Shown here: positions 17,128 through 26,691 of the stretch, in pieces | How the letters are laid out: the number at the start of each line of letters is the position of its first letter | Position numbering within the stretch: position 1 is the first letter of the stretch | Assembly (NCBI GenBank): GCA_024402995.1 | Contig: JAKSSR010000001.1 | Location: 19,225-83,224 of the forward strand | Source: Clostridia bacterium | Lineage (GTDB): Bacteria > Bacillota > Clostridia > Peptostreptococcales > Anaerovoracaceae | Direction: 5' to 3' | DNA length: 64,000 nucleotides | Notes under the pieces: generated by a model | The model's database searches: none | Told to the model about the DNA's origin: nothing | Seen by the model: the letters and a program-made list of their open reading frames with translations, nothing else | Made by a program: the position numbers and the translations under genes

Positions 17128-18460
17128 TGTCTGACTCCTTTCTGTGTTTGCAGGCGAAGGCTTTGATCAAATTCCAGAGGGGAACTGACCATATGAAGAA
17201 TGAGAAGAAAAGGGTGCGGGTAGGCACGCCTATGGTTGCCAGAGGTACTGCGCCGCAGATGGACCAGGGGATCAGGGCCGCTATGAGTATGACGCTGTTT
17301 TCCAGAGCAATGGCCCGTTCCTGTTTGTCCGGAATGCTCTTCTTGCAGAGTTCGGCGCAGAGCATGGTGGCAAGAGTCTGATTGCAGGCAATTGCTGAGG
17401 AGAATACCGATGCGGCGAGCAGACCGCCGAAGGGCGTTATTTTGCCGCTGAGTTTCTCAATAAGGTTTTGTATGCTTCCCAGAAGATCAGTCCTGTCAAA
17501 TATGCCCGCATAGGCAGATGAGATCATGACTATCATCAGTGTCTTTGCCATACTGGTAAAGCCCCCGCCATTGAGCATTGCGCCAACTTCAGGATCTGAC
17601 GCCGTAAAACCTGTAAGCAGAGTCTTCAGAATTGATGCGGCGCCGGCGTGCTGAACTGCCGCAGCGGTAACTATGGCGGCAGCAATGCTGGTAATTATGG
17701 TTATGCGGACCTTTATTTTCAGAATTGCAAAGACCAGAATAATAGCCGCCGGTAGTGCACACAGGAGACTGATATTGAACTCACGGCCGAAAACCGCCTC
17801 AAGGTCTGTTCCTGCGGTGACGGCTTTTGTGAAGAAGCCCATAATGGTAAAGGCAGCGGTGCATAGGGCAAAGGGCACAGCGGAGGTCTTTACCATTCCG
17901 CGAATATTGTCATAAATATCCGTTTCGGTCACTTCACTGACCAGCATGGCGCTGGAGCTGACAGGTGAGCAGCGGTCGCCGAAGAAAATGCCGGACATGC
18001 AGGCGCCTCCCGCAAGGACCGGATTTATTCCCATGGCATTGGCCAGACCCATGCATATTGAACCCATGGTGGCCGCCGTTCCGAAGGACGTTCCCGTAAG
18101 AAGGGATACGCCGCAGTTGAGCAGGAAGGCCAGAAGCAGGAATATTTCAGGCTTTATGAGCTTTGCCGACCAGCAGATAATTGCCGCTATGGTTCCTCCG
18201 GCTCTCCATATTCCCGTGAGCATTCCTATCAATGCAAGTATAATGAGAACATTGACGGACTTTCTGTTCCCGTTGATTATCATTCTGATGAGCTCCCCGG
18301 AACCGAAGCCCTTTTTCCACGCAAAAGCGCAGAAGAGGACCAGTCCCGCCAGGAGAGCCCAGATAACGGAAAGGTCAAGGAGCAGGCAGATGAGAAGAAT
18401 GGCGCAGAAGGCCGAAAGTGTTAAGTTTTCAGGTGTTATTTTTTTCAGCATGTGTTCCAT
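17114..18460 (-). CDS. nhaC: Na+/H+ antiporter NhaC family
   Basis: The track ORF extends to 18604. I place the start at ATG 18460 (MEHMLKK, AGGTG SD 5 nt upstream). Polytopic, with GTSFGTAATMGSI...GIFFGDRCSPVSSSAMLVSEVT typical of NhaC. Confidence 0.8.
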   Translation of the reverse strand: MEHMLKKITPENLTLSAFCAILLICLLLDLSVIWALLAGLVLFCAFAWKKGFGSGELIRMIINGNRKSVNVLIILALIGMLTGIWRAGGTIAAIICWSAKLIKPEIFLLLAFLLNCGVSLLTGTSFGTAATMGSICMGLANAMGINPVLAGGACMSGIFFGDRCSPVSSSAMLVSEVTETDIYDNIRGMVKTSAVPFALCTAAFTIMGFFTKAVTAGTDLEAVFGREFNISLLCALPAAIILVFAILKIKVRITIITSIAAAIVTAAAVQHAGAASILKTLLTGFTASDPEVGAMLNGGGFTSMAKTLMIVMISSAYAGIFDRTDLLGSIQNLIEKLSGKITPFGGLLAASVFSSAIACNQTLATMLCAELCKKSIPDKQERAIALENSVILIAALIPWSICGAVPLATIGVPTRTLFFSFFIWSVPLWNLIKAFACKHRKESDNGIR

Positions 18461-18504
18461 TTTACACCTGCCGGTAGTAAAATAAAACAGCGGAGGTTGA
18501 AAAT

Positions 18505-18723
18505 ATGACACGAAAAACAATGGCATTATGTTATTCCGTTGCAGGCATATGTTTTGGAATTTCCGGAGCGGCTGGATTTGTTGCCGGACGGTCCGGATAT
18601 GCAATCGTAAGGATCGCTCTTGGAGCGGCTTTGATTTTTCTCGCCGTGGTCAATTTCAGGGCAGAAAAGGGTGAAGGAGCCCAAAACGGAGAAGAGGCTC
18701 CGCAGGATGAAAAGCGTGAGTAA
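18505..18723 (+). CDS. Small two-TM membrane protein
   Basis: 72 aa with a GGAGG SD 7 nt upstream of the ATG. Two hydrophobic segments and an acidic tail. Divergent from nhaC. Confidence 0.5.
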   Translation: MTRKTMALCYSVAGICFGISGAAGFVAGRSGYAIVRIALGAALIFLAVVNFRAEKGEGAQNGEEAPQDEKRE

Positions 18724-18761
18724 AACTCATATTATTTTGGTCAGCTTTTTTTGATTATTTA

Positions 18762-18789
18762 TTGAATTGTTTCACAGTAGTGCTACAAT
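18762..18789 (+). promoter_or_regulatory. Candidate sigma-A promoter (extended -10) for yegP-like gene
   Basis: TTGAAT, 16-nt spacer, TGc-TACAAT. Confidence 0.5.
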
Positions 18790-18842
18790 AAAAACGCAAG
18801 AAGTTAATTCTTAAATTGATGTTTATTAGGAGGACATATCCC

Positions 18843-19208
18843 ATGGGCAAGTTTGTTGTTAAGGAAGTCAAGACCGGTGTCAAGTTCAATCTCGTTGCAA
18901 CCAACGGACAGATCATCGGCGTCAGCGAAATCTACACCACCGAAGCTGCATGCAAGAAGGGCATTGAAAGCGTAAAGAAGAACGCTCTTTCCCCCGTTCA
19001 GGACACTACTCTTGAAGAAGTTCCCGAGGTTAAGCACCCCAAGTTTGAAGTCTACACCGACAAGTCCGGCGAATTCAGATTCAGACTCAAGGCAAGCAAC
19101 GGCGAGATCATCCTTGCTTCTGAAGGATATGCTGCAAAGGCATCCTGCATGAACGGCATCGCATCCGTCGGCAAGAACGCTCCCGAAGCAGAAATCGTAA
19201 AGGAATAA
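18843..19208 (+). CDS. yegP: YegP-family (UPF0339/DUF1508) tandem-repeat protein
   Basis: Start moved to ATG 18843 (AGGAGG 9 nt upstream). Two DUF1508-like repeats: KFNLVATNGQIIGVSEIYTTEAACKKGIESVKKNA and FRFRLKASNGEIILASEGYAAKASCMNGIASVGKNA. Confidence 0.85.
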   Translation: MGKFVVKEVKTGVKFNLVATNGQIIGVSEIYTTEAACKKGIESVKKNALSPVQDTTLEEVPEVKHPKFEVYTDKSGEFRFRLKASNGEIILASEGYAAKASCMNGIASVGKNAPEAEIVKE

Positions 19209-19245
19209 TCGCTGAGATTTCCTGAAGATCCGATTAAGCAATATA

Positions 19246-19279
19246 AAAGGACTCCCTCGCAGTGAGGCAGTCCTTTTTC
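19246..19279 (+). terminator. Intrinsic terminator after yegP
   Basis: AAAGGACT-C-CCTC GCAGT GAGG-C-AGTCCTTT followed by TTTCTG. Confidence 0.75.
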
Positions 19280-19295
19280 TGTGTGTATGTTCGGT

Positions 19296-19841
19296 TTAGA
19301 GGTCAAGCCATTCTGCGCGTATTTCCCGCATGATCCCGTATTCCAGCTGGCTGTCGGACTTTACGGATCTGTCGAAAAGGCGCGGCCAGCTGTTGAGAAT
19401 CTCTTCCCTGACTTCCGGGTAGAAGGGCGTTGTATAGGCTTTTACATCATTTATCCCGTAATCCTTGAGCATGCGCACGTGGCGGAGGCGGTCGGCCTCA
19501 TCAAGGGGAATATATCCGAAATTCTGTATTATGCCCCATTTGGCAACGTTTACTCCGCATACCAGACTTTCATCGACCTTAAGCTTGAGTATGACTCCGT
19601 CGTCACCTGCAAAATATGTGGCCGTGGGATCTGTCTGCACCCACACGGGAAGGGCGTCCTCAGGTATGCCATCTGCCATGGGAAGAGGGCAGTGGCGTGA
19701 CAGCCAGTCGTAGCATTCTATTGTAAAGGCTCTGTATTCAGGCATTCCGGTTTCAACGAATTCCCTGCTTCCCCAGTGTCTTCCTGTTGTATTGAGTTGT
19801 TTGAGCACGTCGGCATGCTGCCTTGTCCAGACTTCTATCAT
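19296..19841 (-). CDS. Hypothetical cytoplasmic protein (possibly DUF3841-like)
   Basis: 181-aa ORF with ATG start and no TM segment. The N-terminus MIEVWTRQHADVLKQL resembles DUF3841 proteins from memory only. Confidence 0.5.
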   Translation of the reverse strand: MIEVWTRQHADVLKQLNTTGRHWGSREFVETGMPEYRAFTIECYDWLSRHCPLPMADGIPEDALPVWVQTDPTATYFAGDDGVILKLKVDESLVCGVNVAKWGIIQNFGYIPLDEADRLRHVRMLKDYGINDVKAYTTPFYPEVREEILNSWPRLFDRSVKSDSQLEYGIMREIRAEWLDL

Positions 19842-19886
19842 GGTATTTACCTCCGCGCCTATTGTATCATTAAACCTGCGTTTATA

Positions 19887-20180
19887 TCAAATAAGTCCTG
19901 CAATGCCGCGGATAACAAGGCTTACACCCATGAGGAGATATACGGTAATAAAGCCGGCCGAACCCAGAGCAGAGCTGCCTTCGGTGAGATAAAGGCCTGC
20001 GGCTAAAATGCACATTGCAATACCGATCATAATGCAGAAGAATCCGAAGGCTATATCTGAAGCCTTATGGTGGCGCATGGCGCTGCGCTGCGCTTTTACG
20101 GCTCCGCTGCCGTCTTCCAGAATATACATCGCGGTGGTGTGCTTTGCTCTTGCTTCAAGGTTTTTCTGCCATTCACTCAT
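19887..20180 (-). CDS. Small membrane protein
   Basis: Start placed at ATG 20180 (MSEWQKN, AGGAGG SD). 97 aa with two C-terminal TM helices (IAFGFFCIMIGIAMCILAAGLYL, FITVYLLMGVSLVIRGIAGLI). Confidence 0.5.
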   Translation of the reverse strand: MSEWQKNLEARAKHTTAMYILEDGSGAVKAQRSAMRHHKASDIAFGFFCIMIGIAMCILAAGLYLTEGSSALGSAGFITVYLLMGVSLVIRGIAGLI

Positions 20181-20339
20181 TGTGTAGTCCTCCTGTTTTC
20201 GTCTTTTGACACTGCCATTATGCGACGGACATATGTACATAAATTTGTACATCGAAGAATTATGGCTGGCATTATTGTGCAAGGTTTCTTCAGGTGTTAT
20301 TATTATCAGTGTTTATATCACTCTTACCGGAGGTTTATT

Positions 20340-21755
20340 ATGCAGAAAGAATTTCAGAAAATCATGCAGCTGCTCCACGACGAGACCGGCACCGTAGGCG
20401 GTGTTTTCGCAGTTTTTGAGGACGGCAAGGTTACCTTTATTGACAAGTACGGCATGGCCGACGTGGAAGAGGGCAGAGAAGTAACCCTCAACTGCTCCTT
20501 TGATATTGCATCCTGCTCCAAGGCATGGACCGTCATGCTCTGCGCTCAGGCCATCGACGAAGGACTTATCGGCTGGGATCAGCCCATTAAGGACATCATC
20601 CCTGAATTCACAATGATGGATAAGTACGCAGGTGAACATCTTTCCATCCGCGACATGGCATCTCACAGAAGCGGTCTTCCCTGCCACGATTTCCTTCGCG
20701 ACAAGATAGGCGGAAGCAGAGAGAACATGATGCTCAAGTGCGCAACTCTTCCTCCCAATGTAGGTTTCAGAACTACCTACCAGTACAATAACCACATGTT
20801 CATTCTCCTGGGCTATCTCCTTGAAAGGATCTACGGAAAGACCTGGGAAGAACTCATCGTAGAAAAGATCGCAAAGCCTCTGGGCGTTGAGACCATACGT
20901 CTCCGCGGTATCCCCGGCAATATGGATAATCTTGAAAGAGCTCTGCCTTACGTCGGAAACGGTTTTGTCGCTCACAGATGCGGCTACGCAGACAGTCCTA
21001 TTTCCGGACCCTGCGGCGGCATTAAGATCAATCTGCCAGACCTGCTCAAGTGGGTCATGGCCATGGCAAGAGGCGGCGTCTGCGAAAGCGGAGAAAGACT
21101 CTGCTCAGAAGAACAGTACAAGCAGATCATCGAGCCGGTCATTCCTTCCACAGAAGAAAACGGCCACGGCATCAGCGGTTCCTGCTATGCACAGGCATGG
21201 CACACCGGCGTTTACAACAACGAGCCCTTTGTATTCCACAGCGGCGGACTTACCGGCTTCAATACTCAGGTCGGCTTCTTCCCCGGACAGAACAAGGGCT
21301 ACGCAATGATCTTCAATACCGGTTCCACTCCCGCCTCCGAAACCATGCGCCGTATGGCACTTGACTATCTCACCTCCGGAACTGTCAGCGAAGAAAACTG
21401 CCTTGAATGCATTAACGATTGGAAGGCACGCCGCGACAGAATGCTTGCCGGGATCAGCAACGCTACCGGCGGAGCTCCTGTCACTGCTGAGACCGATCCC
21501 AAGCTGGCAGGCGTTTATGAGCATCCTGCATACGAGACCTTTGACATTGCAGAAAAGGACGGCCAGCTCTGGTTCTTCTACGGCGGATTCGAAGCAGGTC
21601 TTACCCGCGGCAAGGATACCGATCTCATCTGCGGATACAGCGGTGTTCTCGACGGTCTCGTACCCGATCACATTGAACTTAAATATACCGATGACGGTCT
21701 TCTCCTCCACACCATGGAGAACGATCTCTGGATGCCGTTCAAGAGAATCAAGTAG
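20340..21755 (+). CDS. Serine hydrolase, class C beta-lactamase / PBP4-like family
   Basis: Start at ATG 20340 (GGAGG SD); the upstream part of track ORF 20067.. overlaps the neighbouring gene. SxxK motif SCSKAWT, YxN motif YNN, and a C-terminal lipocalin-like extension. Confidence 0.85.
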   Translation: MQKEFQKIMQLLHDETGTVGGVFAVFEDGKVTFIDKYGMADVEEGREVTLNCSFDIASCSKAWTVMLCAQAIDEGLIGWDQPIKDIIPEFTMMDKYAGEHLSIRDMASHRSGLPCHDFLRDKIGGSRENMMLKCATLPPNVGFRTTYQYNNHMFILLGYLLERIYGKTWEELIVEKIAKPLGVETIRLRGIPGNMDNLERALPYVGNGFVAHRCGYADSPISGPCGGIKINLPDLLKWVMAMARGGVCESGERLCSEEQYKQIIEPVIPSTEENGHGISGSCYAQAWHTGVYNNEPFVFHSGGLTGFNTQVGFFPGQNKGYAMIFNTGSTPASETMRRMALDYLTSGTVSEENCLECINDWKARRDRMLAGISNATGGAPVTAETDPKLAGVYEHPAYETFDIAEKDGQLWFFYGGFEAGLTRGKDTDLICGYSGVLDGLVPDHIELKYTDDGLLLHTMENDLWMPFKRIK

Positions 21756-21761
21756 AATTTG

Positions 21762-22208
21762 ATGAAGGATAAAAATCTCAGCAAAACTGCATTTATAGTG
21801 CTTTCCCTTACCTGGGGACTTCCTCTTACCATAGTGGGAGCAATAGTGGCTCTGTGCATGCGTCTTTCGGGCAAAAAACCCAAGAAATTCGGATGGTGCC
21901 GCTATTTTGAGGTAGGAAATGGATGGGGAGGCTGCGAGTTCGGCCCTGTTTTTCTCAAGGCCAAGGACGGAGGCACCCGTCTTTGCGAACATGAATTCGG
22001 CCATGCCATTCAGAACTGCTATTTCGGGCCATTTATGCCTTTTGCTGTGAATCTTCCGTCCAGCCTGCGCTACTGGTACCGCCGCATTTCCGAAAGCCGC
22101 GGAAGGATCCCCAAAACCGCCTATGACGACATATGGTTCGAGGGCCAGGCCAGCAAACTGGGTAAAAAGTACGCCGGACTTATTTCCGGAGAACAAGAAA
22201 AGCAATAG
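21762..22208 (+). CDS. Small membrane protein with HExxH motif
   Basis: The track start 21759 is TTG; the next codon is ATG 21762. N-terminal TM FIVLSLTWGLPLTIVGAIVALC and CEHEFGHAIQNCYF (HExxH). It begins 4-7 nt after the hydrolase stop. Confidence 0.6.
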   Translation: MKDKNLSKTAFIVLSLTWGLPLTIVGAIVALCMRLSGKKPKKFGWCRYFEVGNGWGGCEFGPVFLKAKDGGTRLCEHEFGHAIQNCYFGPFMPFAVNLPSSLRYWYRRISESRGRIPKTAYDDIWFEGQASKLGKKYAGLISGEQEKQ

Positions 22209-22210
22209 AA

Positions 22211-22238
22211 AATACCCCGGGGTTACCGGGGTATTTTA
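22211..22238. terminator. Bidirectional intrinsic terminator between convergent genes
   Basis: AATACCCCGG-GGTTA-CCGGGGTATT (10-bp stem) with T-runs on both strands. Confidence 0.8.
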
Positions 22239-22259
22239 TTGCTGTTTTACAGTGACCTG

Positions 22260-23720
22260 TTACTTGATCCTCTTGAAGTGAATGGGCTTGACCTGTTCTT
22301 CCATGGGAAGGATCACTTCGCAGGGAAGGAATTCGCCGGGTTTGCTGACAAACTGGAAGGGCATGGAGCAGTTCTTTACGTCTTCCCAGAATTCGTCTGC
22401 CTTGAAGATCTCTCCGTCGTAGTGATCCAGAGGATTGGTGTAATTGCGGTGGTATGCCACAAGTCTGCCGTTTTCAAGGCGGATGCGCAGGGGGCCGTAG
22501 CCCTGGTCAAAGTATTCGCCGGCATAGGCCTGGAGGGGGAACTTTGCCGCTGAGGGAGTTCCCTTGATCTCGGGAAGGTAATTGTGGTCATTTTCAACGT
22601 AGCAGGCGTCGGGAGTTTCACCGGGCTTACGGTAGACATATTCCCATTCCTTTCCGCCGTCGCGGATGCCCATAAGGTAGTCGAAAATGGAGTAGGATGC
22701 TCTGTAATAGAGGTGGCCTTCAGGGCAGTGGATGTTAAGGCTCGTGAAGACACCGACGTTCATATCGGGAATAAAGATCTCAAGAGAGCTGTATCCGTTG
22801 ATCTTGCCTGTGTGCTTGAAGATGCGGTGTCCGCGGTACATGCCGTCCCACCAGCCGAAAGCATAGCCGTCAAAGGTCAGGAAATCCTTGCGGACAGCTT
22901 CGCTGGCTTCGATGCCCTTGGTGTGGATCTGGTTCCAGCTGTCTTCGGAAAGGAGCCTGGTTCCGTCGGGACCTAAGCCCTTGGAAATATTGAAGCGGAG
23001 CCATTTGCTCATGTCTTCAGCGGTAGTTGCGATGGCTGCGGCTGCAACTGCGGAGTTCATGTTCCACTTGTCCTGCTTGGTAAGACCTACGCCGTTCTTT
23101 GCGAAGTAGTAGGGCTCTGCCATATTGGGATCGTTTACGTAATCTTCATACCTGGTGAAGGTCCGGTCCATTCCGAGGGGCTCAAACACGTATTCCTTCA
23201 TCAGCTGGTCGTAGGTCTTGCCTGTTGCACATTCGGCTACGTAAGCGGTGAGTGCATAAATAACGTTGTTGTACTGGCGCTTTCCGCAGCGGAATACGTT
23301 ATTGTAGTCCAGATAGCGGAGGCGCTTGGCAAGGACGTCGCGGCCTGTAACGTCGGGCCACATACCGTCGTGATCCGCAAGGCCTGTGCGGTGGAGGAGC
23401 ATGTCTCTGAGAGACATATCCTTTGCTGCCGGATCCTTCATGATCATGTCCGGGCACCACTTGGTAACGGGATCGTCCCAGGTGAGAATGCCTTCGTCTA
23501 CCAGACGGCCCAGCATGGCGGTGGTCATTGATTTGGAACAGGATGCTATGACAAAGAGGGTGTCACTCAAGACGGGAGCCTTGGTATCAAGGTCTCTGAC
23601 GCCTTCCTGGATGTATTCGGTCTCATCACCGTTTACAATGACCATGGTAGCGCCGGGAGTCTTTGCCCAGTCCATTTCTTCTTTTATGATTCCTCTGACA
23701 AGTTCAGTAAGTTCACTCAT
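22260..23720 (-). CDS. Serine hydrolase, class C beta-lactamase / PBP4-like family (paralogue of 20340..21755)
   Basis: 486 aa with SxxK SCSKSMT, YNN, and the same type of C-terminal domain (GEYFDQGYGPLRIRLENGRLVAY). Confidence 0.85.
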   Translation of the reverse strand: MSELTELVRGIIKEEMDWAKTPGATMVIVNGDETEYIQEGVRDLDTKAPVLSDTLFVIASCSKSMTTAMLGRLVDEGILTWDDPVTKWCPDMIMKDPAAKDMSLRDMLLHRTGLADHDGMWPDVTGRDVLAKRLRYLDYNNVFRCGKRQYNNVIYALTAYVAECATGKTYDQLMKEYVFEPLGMDRTFTRYEDYVNDPNMAEPYYFAKNGVGLTKQDKWNMNSAVAAAAIATTAEDMSKWLRFNISKGLGPDGTRLLSEDSWNQIHTKGIEASEAVRKDFLTFDGYAFGWWDGMYRGHRIFKHTGKINGYSSLEIFIPDMNVGVFTSLNIHCPEGHLYYRASYSIFDYLMGIRDGGKEWEYVYRKPGETPDACYVENDHNYLPEIKGTPSAAKFPLQAYAGEYFDQGYGPLRIRLENGRLVAYHRNYTNPLDHYDGEIFKADEFWEDVKNCSMPFQFVSKPGEFLPCEVILPMEEQVKPIHFKRIK

Positions 23721-23785
23721 TGCGGTTCTCCTTTCAGTAATTCTCCTAATGATACATCAAATCGGCGTCGATATAAAGTGCTTTG

Positions 23786-23814
23786 CTGACAAAGACTTAT
23801 GGGGGTGCTATAAT
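23786..23814 (+). promoter_or_regulatory. Strong candidate sigma-A promoter for the nudC-helicase cluster
   Basis: cTGACA (23786-23791), 17-nt spacer, TGc-TATAAT (-10 at 23809-23814), 43 nt upstream of the nudC ATG. Confidence 0.55.
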
Positions 23815-23856
23815 CTTTATGTATGTTTTGAAGAGGCTGTATGCCGGAGTTAAGAA

Positions 23857-24693
23857 ATGATCCAAGATTTTTATCCACACAGTTTTGACGTAACTTATTT
23901 GCCTCAGGCAGTACCTGAAGAGGACAGTCCCGTGCTGGCATTTAAGGGGCGGGATCTTCTTTGCCGCATTGACGGAGACGGAGTTCTGACTTTTCCCGTA
24001 TTTTCCGATTTTAAGGGCGCTGACTGCGATCTTACCTACTTCTTTGCCCTTGACGGCCGCAGCATCTTCTATGCCAGAGGCCTTAAAGAATGGAGCATTG
24101 AAGGTTTTGAGTATAACGATATAAATCTTTTCCGCACAGCCAAACCCAAAGAGGCTGCCTTTGCGGCAGTGACCGGTTTTCATCTTTCAACCTGGTACAG
24201 CAGCAACGCTTTCTGCGGACGCTGCGGAGAGAAGACCGTTCACGACGGAAACGAGCGCATGATGCGCTGCCCCAAGTGCGGAAATATGATTTTCCCCAAA
24301 ATAATGCCTTCGGTCATCGTTGCAGTTACCAACGGAGACAAGATCCTCCTCGAGCAATACAACAGACCCGGTGCCAAGCTTGGCGCTCTTGTGGCAGGCT
24401 TTACCGAAATCGGTGAAAGCATAGAGGAAACAGTTCATCGCGAGGTCATGGAAGAATGCGGTCTTAAGGTAAAGAACCTCCGCTTCTACAAGAGCCAACC
24501 CTGGGGTATTTCCGGCGGCGGTCTTCTTTTCGGATTCTGGTGTGAGGTCGCCGGAGACGATACCATTCATCCCGACGGCGTAGAAATTGCCGATGCTCAG
24601 TGGGTCAGCCGTCAGTGGCTCACGGAAAACTATACCGATTCCGGAATCAGCCTGACGGGAGAAATGATATCTGCCTTTGCTCAGATGGAGTAA
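23857..24693 (+). CDS. nudC: NAD+ diphosphatase / NADH pyrophosphatase (NudC-type Nudix)
   Basis: Zinc ribbon CGRCG...CPKCG followed by Nudix box GFTEIGESIEETVHREVMEECG and SQPWG; 278 aa. Confidence 0.85.
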   Translation: MIQDFYPHSFDVTYLPQAVPEEDSPVLAFKGRDLLCRIDGDGVLTFPVFSDFKGADCDLTYFFALDGRSIFYARGLKEWSIEGFEYNDINLFRTAKPKEAAFAAVTGFHLSTWYSSNAFCGRCGEKTVHDGNERMMRCPKCGNMIFPKIMPSVIVAVTNGDKILLEQYNRPGAKLGALVAGFTEIGESIEETVHREVMEECGLKVKNLRFYKSQPWGISGGGLLFGFWCEVAGDDTIHPDGVEIADAQWVSRQWLTENYTDSGISLTGEMISAFAQME

Positions 24694-24722
24694 GCTCCGG
24701 ACAGCATTTCATAATTCACGTA

Positions 24723-26471
24723 ATGAGTAAAAAGAAGAAAAGAAAAAGAGCTAAATACGTAACGCAGCGCAGTCTTATGACCAATTACGGTCTGACTCGC
24801 TCCATAATAGAAAGATTCCTTCCTGAACCTAAACTGGTCTTTGACCCGGAAAATCCGGATAAAGCTCCCGTGCGTAAGTGGAAGAAAAGCGATGTGGATG
24901 CCATGCTGGCGGCAAATCCCGATATTCGCAAGGCCATAGAGGAAAGAAAGCGCAAAAAAGAGGAAAGGACCGCCAGGGCTTTACGCAAAACCAGGGCCGC
25001 CGATGAATATCTGCAGCAGTTTTCTCCTGATGATATAATCCAGCAGGGCAGGGAACTGGACAGGCGTTTTGTCCTTCATGTGGGACCTACCAACAGCGGA
25101 AAGACCTACGAGGCTATCCAGGTGCTCAAAGGCGCTGAAAGAGGCGTTTATCTGGGGCCTCTCCGACTTCTTGCCCTTGAAATGTTCGAGACCCTCAACG
25201 CTGACGGCCGCAAATGCAGTCTGCTTACCGGTGAGGAATACGAACCGGTTTCCGGCGCAGGTCTCACTGCATCAACTATAGAACTCTGCGATTTTACTGC
25301 AAAGTACGACGTGGCCGTAATTGATGAGGCTCAGCTCATAGCGGATCCATTCCGCGGAGCTTCATGGACCAATGCCATTTGCCTTGTGGACGCCTCTGTG
25401 GTCCAGGTCTGCATGGCTCCCGAAGCCTTGCCCCTCATTGAAAATCTCCTGAAGGCCATGGATACGCCTTATGAAATAGTGTACCACCAGCGGCTGGTTC
25501 CCCTTGAATTTGCAGGAGTTTTCAAAGATATAGCCGATGTTCAGCCAGGCGATGCCCTCATTGCTTTTTCCAGAAAAAAGGTCCTGGGTATTGCGGCCGC
25601 TCTGGAGAAAATGGGCAGGCACGCAAGCGTAATATACGGTGCTTTGCCTCCTGCCGCAAGAAGGGAAGAGGTTCGCCGTTTTACAGCCAAAGAGACCACT
25701 GTCGTTGTGGCTACGGACGCCATAGGCATGGGTATTTCGCTGCCTATTAAGCGCATAATATTCGTTGAGAGCGAAAAGTTTGACGGAAGCTGCAGACGCA
25801 GTCTTGTTCCCTCGGAAATAAAGCAGATTGCAGGAAGAGCAGGACGTTTCGGAAAGTATGATCTCGGTGAAGTCCTGACCATGTCCGACAGAAAACTAAT
25901 TTCCGCCGGAATGAAGGACGAGGTGCCGCCTATCCACAAGCTGAATCTTGCTTTCCCAAAAGAAGCTTTGGAGTATGATTATCCTCTCGATAAGCTTCTT
26001 GCACAGTGGGATGCGCTTCCATCCAATCCACTTTACGACAGAGCTGATATGAGTGAAGCCGAGACTCTTTTGGGAGTTCTGGGAAACAGCGCCTCTCTTT
26101 ATCCCAGAGAACTGCTGTATTCCCTCATTACCTGTCCCGTAGACGTGAAGAACGAAAAGCTGGTCAATTACTGGTACGACTGCTGTGAGATGATACTGGC
26201 AGACGCGCCGCTCCAGCGCCCCGAATACCCTGAAAACAATCTGGAAAGCTGCGAACTCAAGTATCAGGCTTATGATATTTATCACCAGCTTTCCCGCCGC
26301 ATAGGCATTGAGGACGACTGCCTTGCCGACAAGGAAAGGCTTTGCAATAAGATCAATAAATACCTGGTAAAGAGCAAAACGTCCTTTATTCGCCGCTGCC
26401 GTCTATGCGGATGTGAATTGCCTGTGACGGCACGCTTCAATATCTGCGACAGATGCTTTGGAAGACGTTGA
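24723..26471 (+). CDS. SUV3-like superfamily-2 RNA helicase with C-terminal Cys-rich tail
   Basis: Start placed at ATG 24723 (MSKKKKRKRAKY; no clear SD). Motif I HVGPTNSGKTYEA, motif II VIDEAQL, TDAIGMGISLP and QIAGRAGR. GPTNSGKT..GPLRLLA..E is the SUV3-type core pattern. C-terminus CRLCGCELPVTARFNICDRCF. Confidence 0.75.
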   Translation: MSKKKKRKRAKYVTQRSLMTNYGLTRSIIERFLPEPKLVFDPENPDKAPVRKWKKSDVDAMLAANPDIRKAIEERKRKKEERTARALRKTRAADEYLQQFSPDDIIQQGRELDRRFVLHVGPTNSGKTYEAIQVLKGAERGVYLGPLRLLALEMFETLNADGRKCSLLTGEEYEPVSGAGLTASTIELCDFTAKYDVAVIDEAQLIADPFRGASWTNAICLVDASVVQVCMAPEALPLIENLLKAMDTPYEIVYHQRLVPLEFAGVFKDIADVQPGDALIAFSRKKVLGIAAALEKMGRHASVIYGALPPAARREEVRRFTAKETTVVVATDAIGMGISLPIKRIIFVESEKFDGSCRRSLVPSEIKQIAGRAGRFGKYDLGEVLTMSDRKLISAGMKDEVPPIHKLNLAFPKEALEYDYPLDKLLAQWDALPSNPLYDRADMSEAETLLGVLGNSASLYPRELLYSLITCPVDVKNEKLVNYWYDCCEMILADAPLQRPEYPENNLESCELKYQAYDIYHQLSRRIGIEDDCLADKERLCNKINKYLVKSKTSFIRRCRLCGCELPVTARFNICDRCFGRR

Positions 26472-26472
26472 T

Positions 26473-26691
26473 ATGGATAACAAAAGAAACAGTTTAACAG
26501 TAGCCATAATACTAACAGCATGCCTGCTTTCAGGCATAAAGATATACATGGAGCAGGGGAAGGCATGGGTCCCCGCGGTCCTTCTGGCCGCCGGCTTTGC
26601 CGTCAGCTTCGGAGCCGTTGCCCTTCTCGGAAAGTGGGACGCTAACCGCAGCCGTAAAAATGAAGCAGAGAAGGAGGACTCAAATGACTAA
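26473..26691 (+). CDS. Small two-TM membrane protein
   Basis: ATG 26473 lies 1 nt after the helicase TGA. 72 aa with helices [15 protein letters not shown] and [21 protein letters not shown]. Its end overlaps the macro-domain gene start by 8 nt. Confidence 0.5.
   Translation: MDNKRNSLTVAIILTACLLSGIKIYMEQGKAWVPAVLLAAGFAVSFGAVALLGKWDANRSRKNEAEKEDSND

Noticed and set aside
20067-20339. N-terminal extensions offered by the ORF track: 20067.., 24600.., 17114..18604, 11371..13044, 31516.., 51334..52107, 61016.., 61623.., 40422.., 49908.., 27984.., 26597.., 18816.. and 19887..20282.
   Set aside because: The extensions overlap the neighbouring gene or its terminator and have no SD. In every case an internal ATG preceded by an AGGAGG-like SD gives a protein starting at the family-typical N-terminus, so I used the shorter models.
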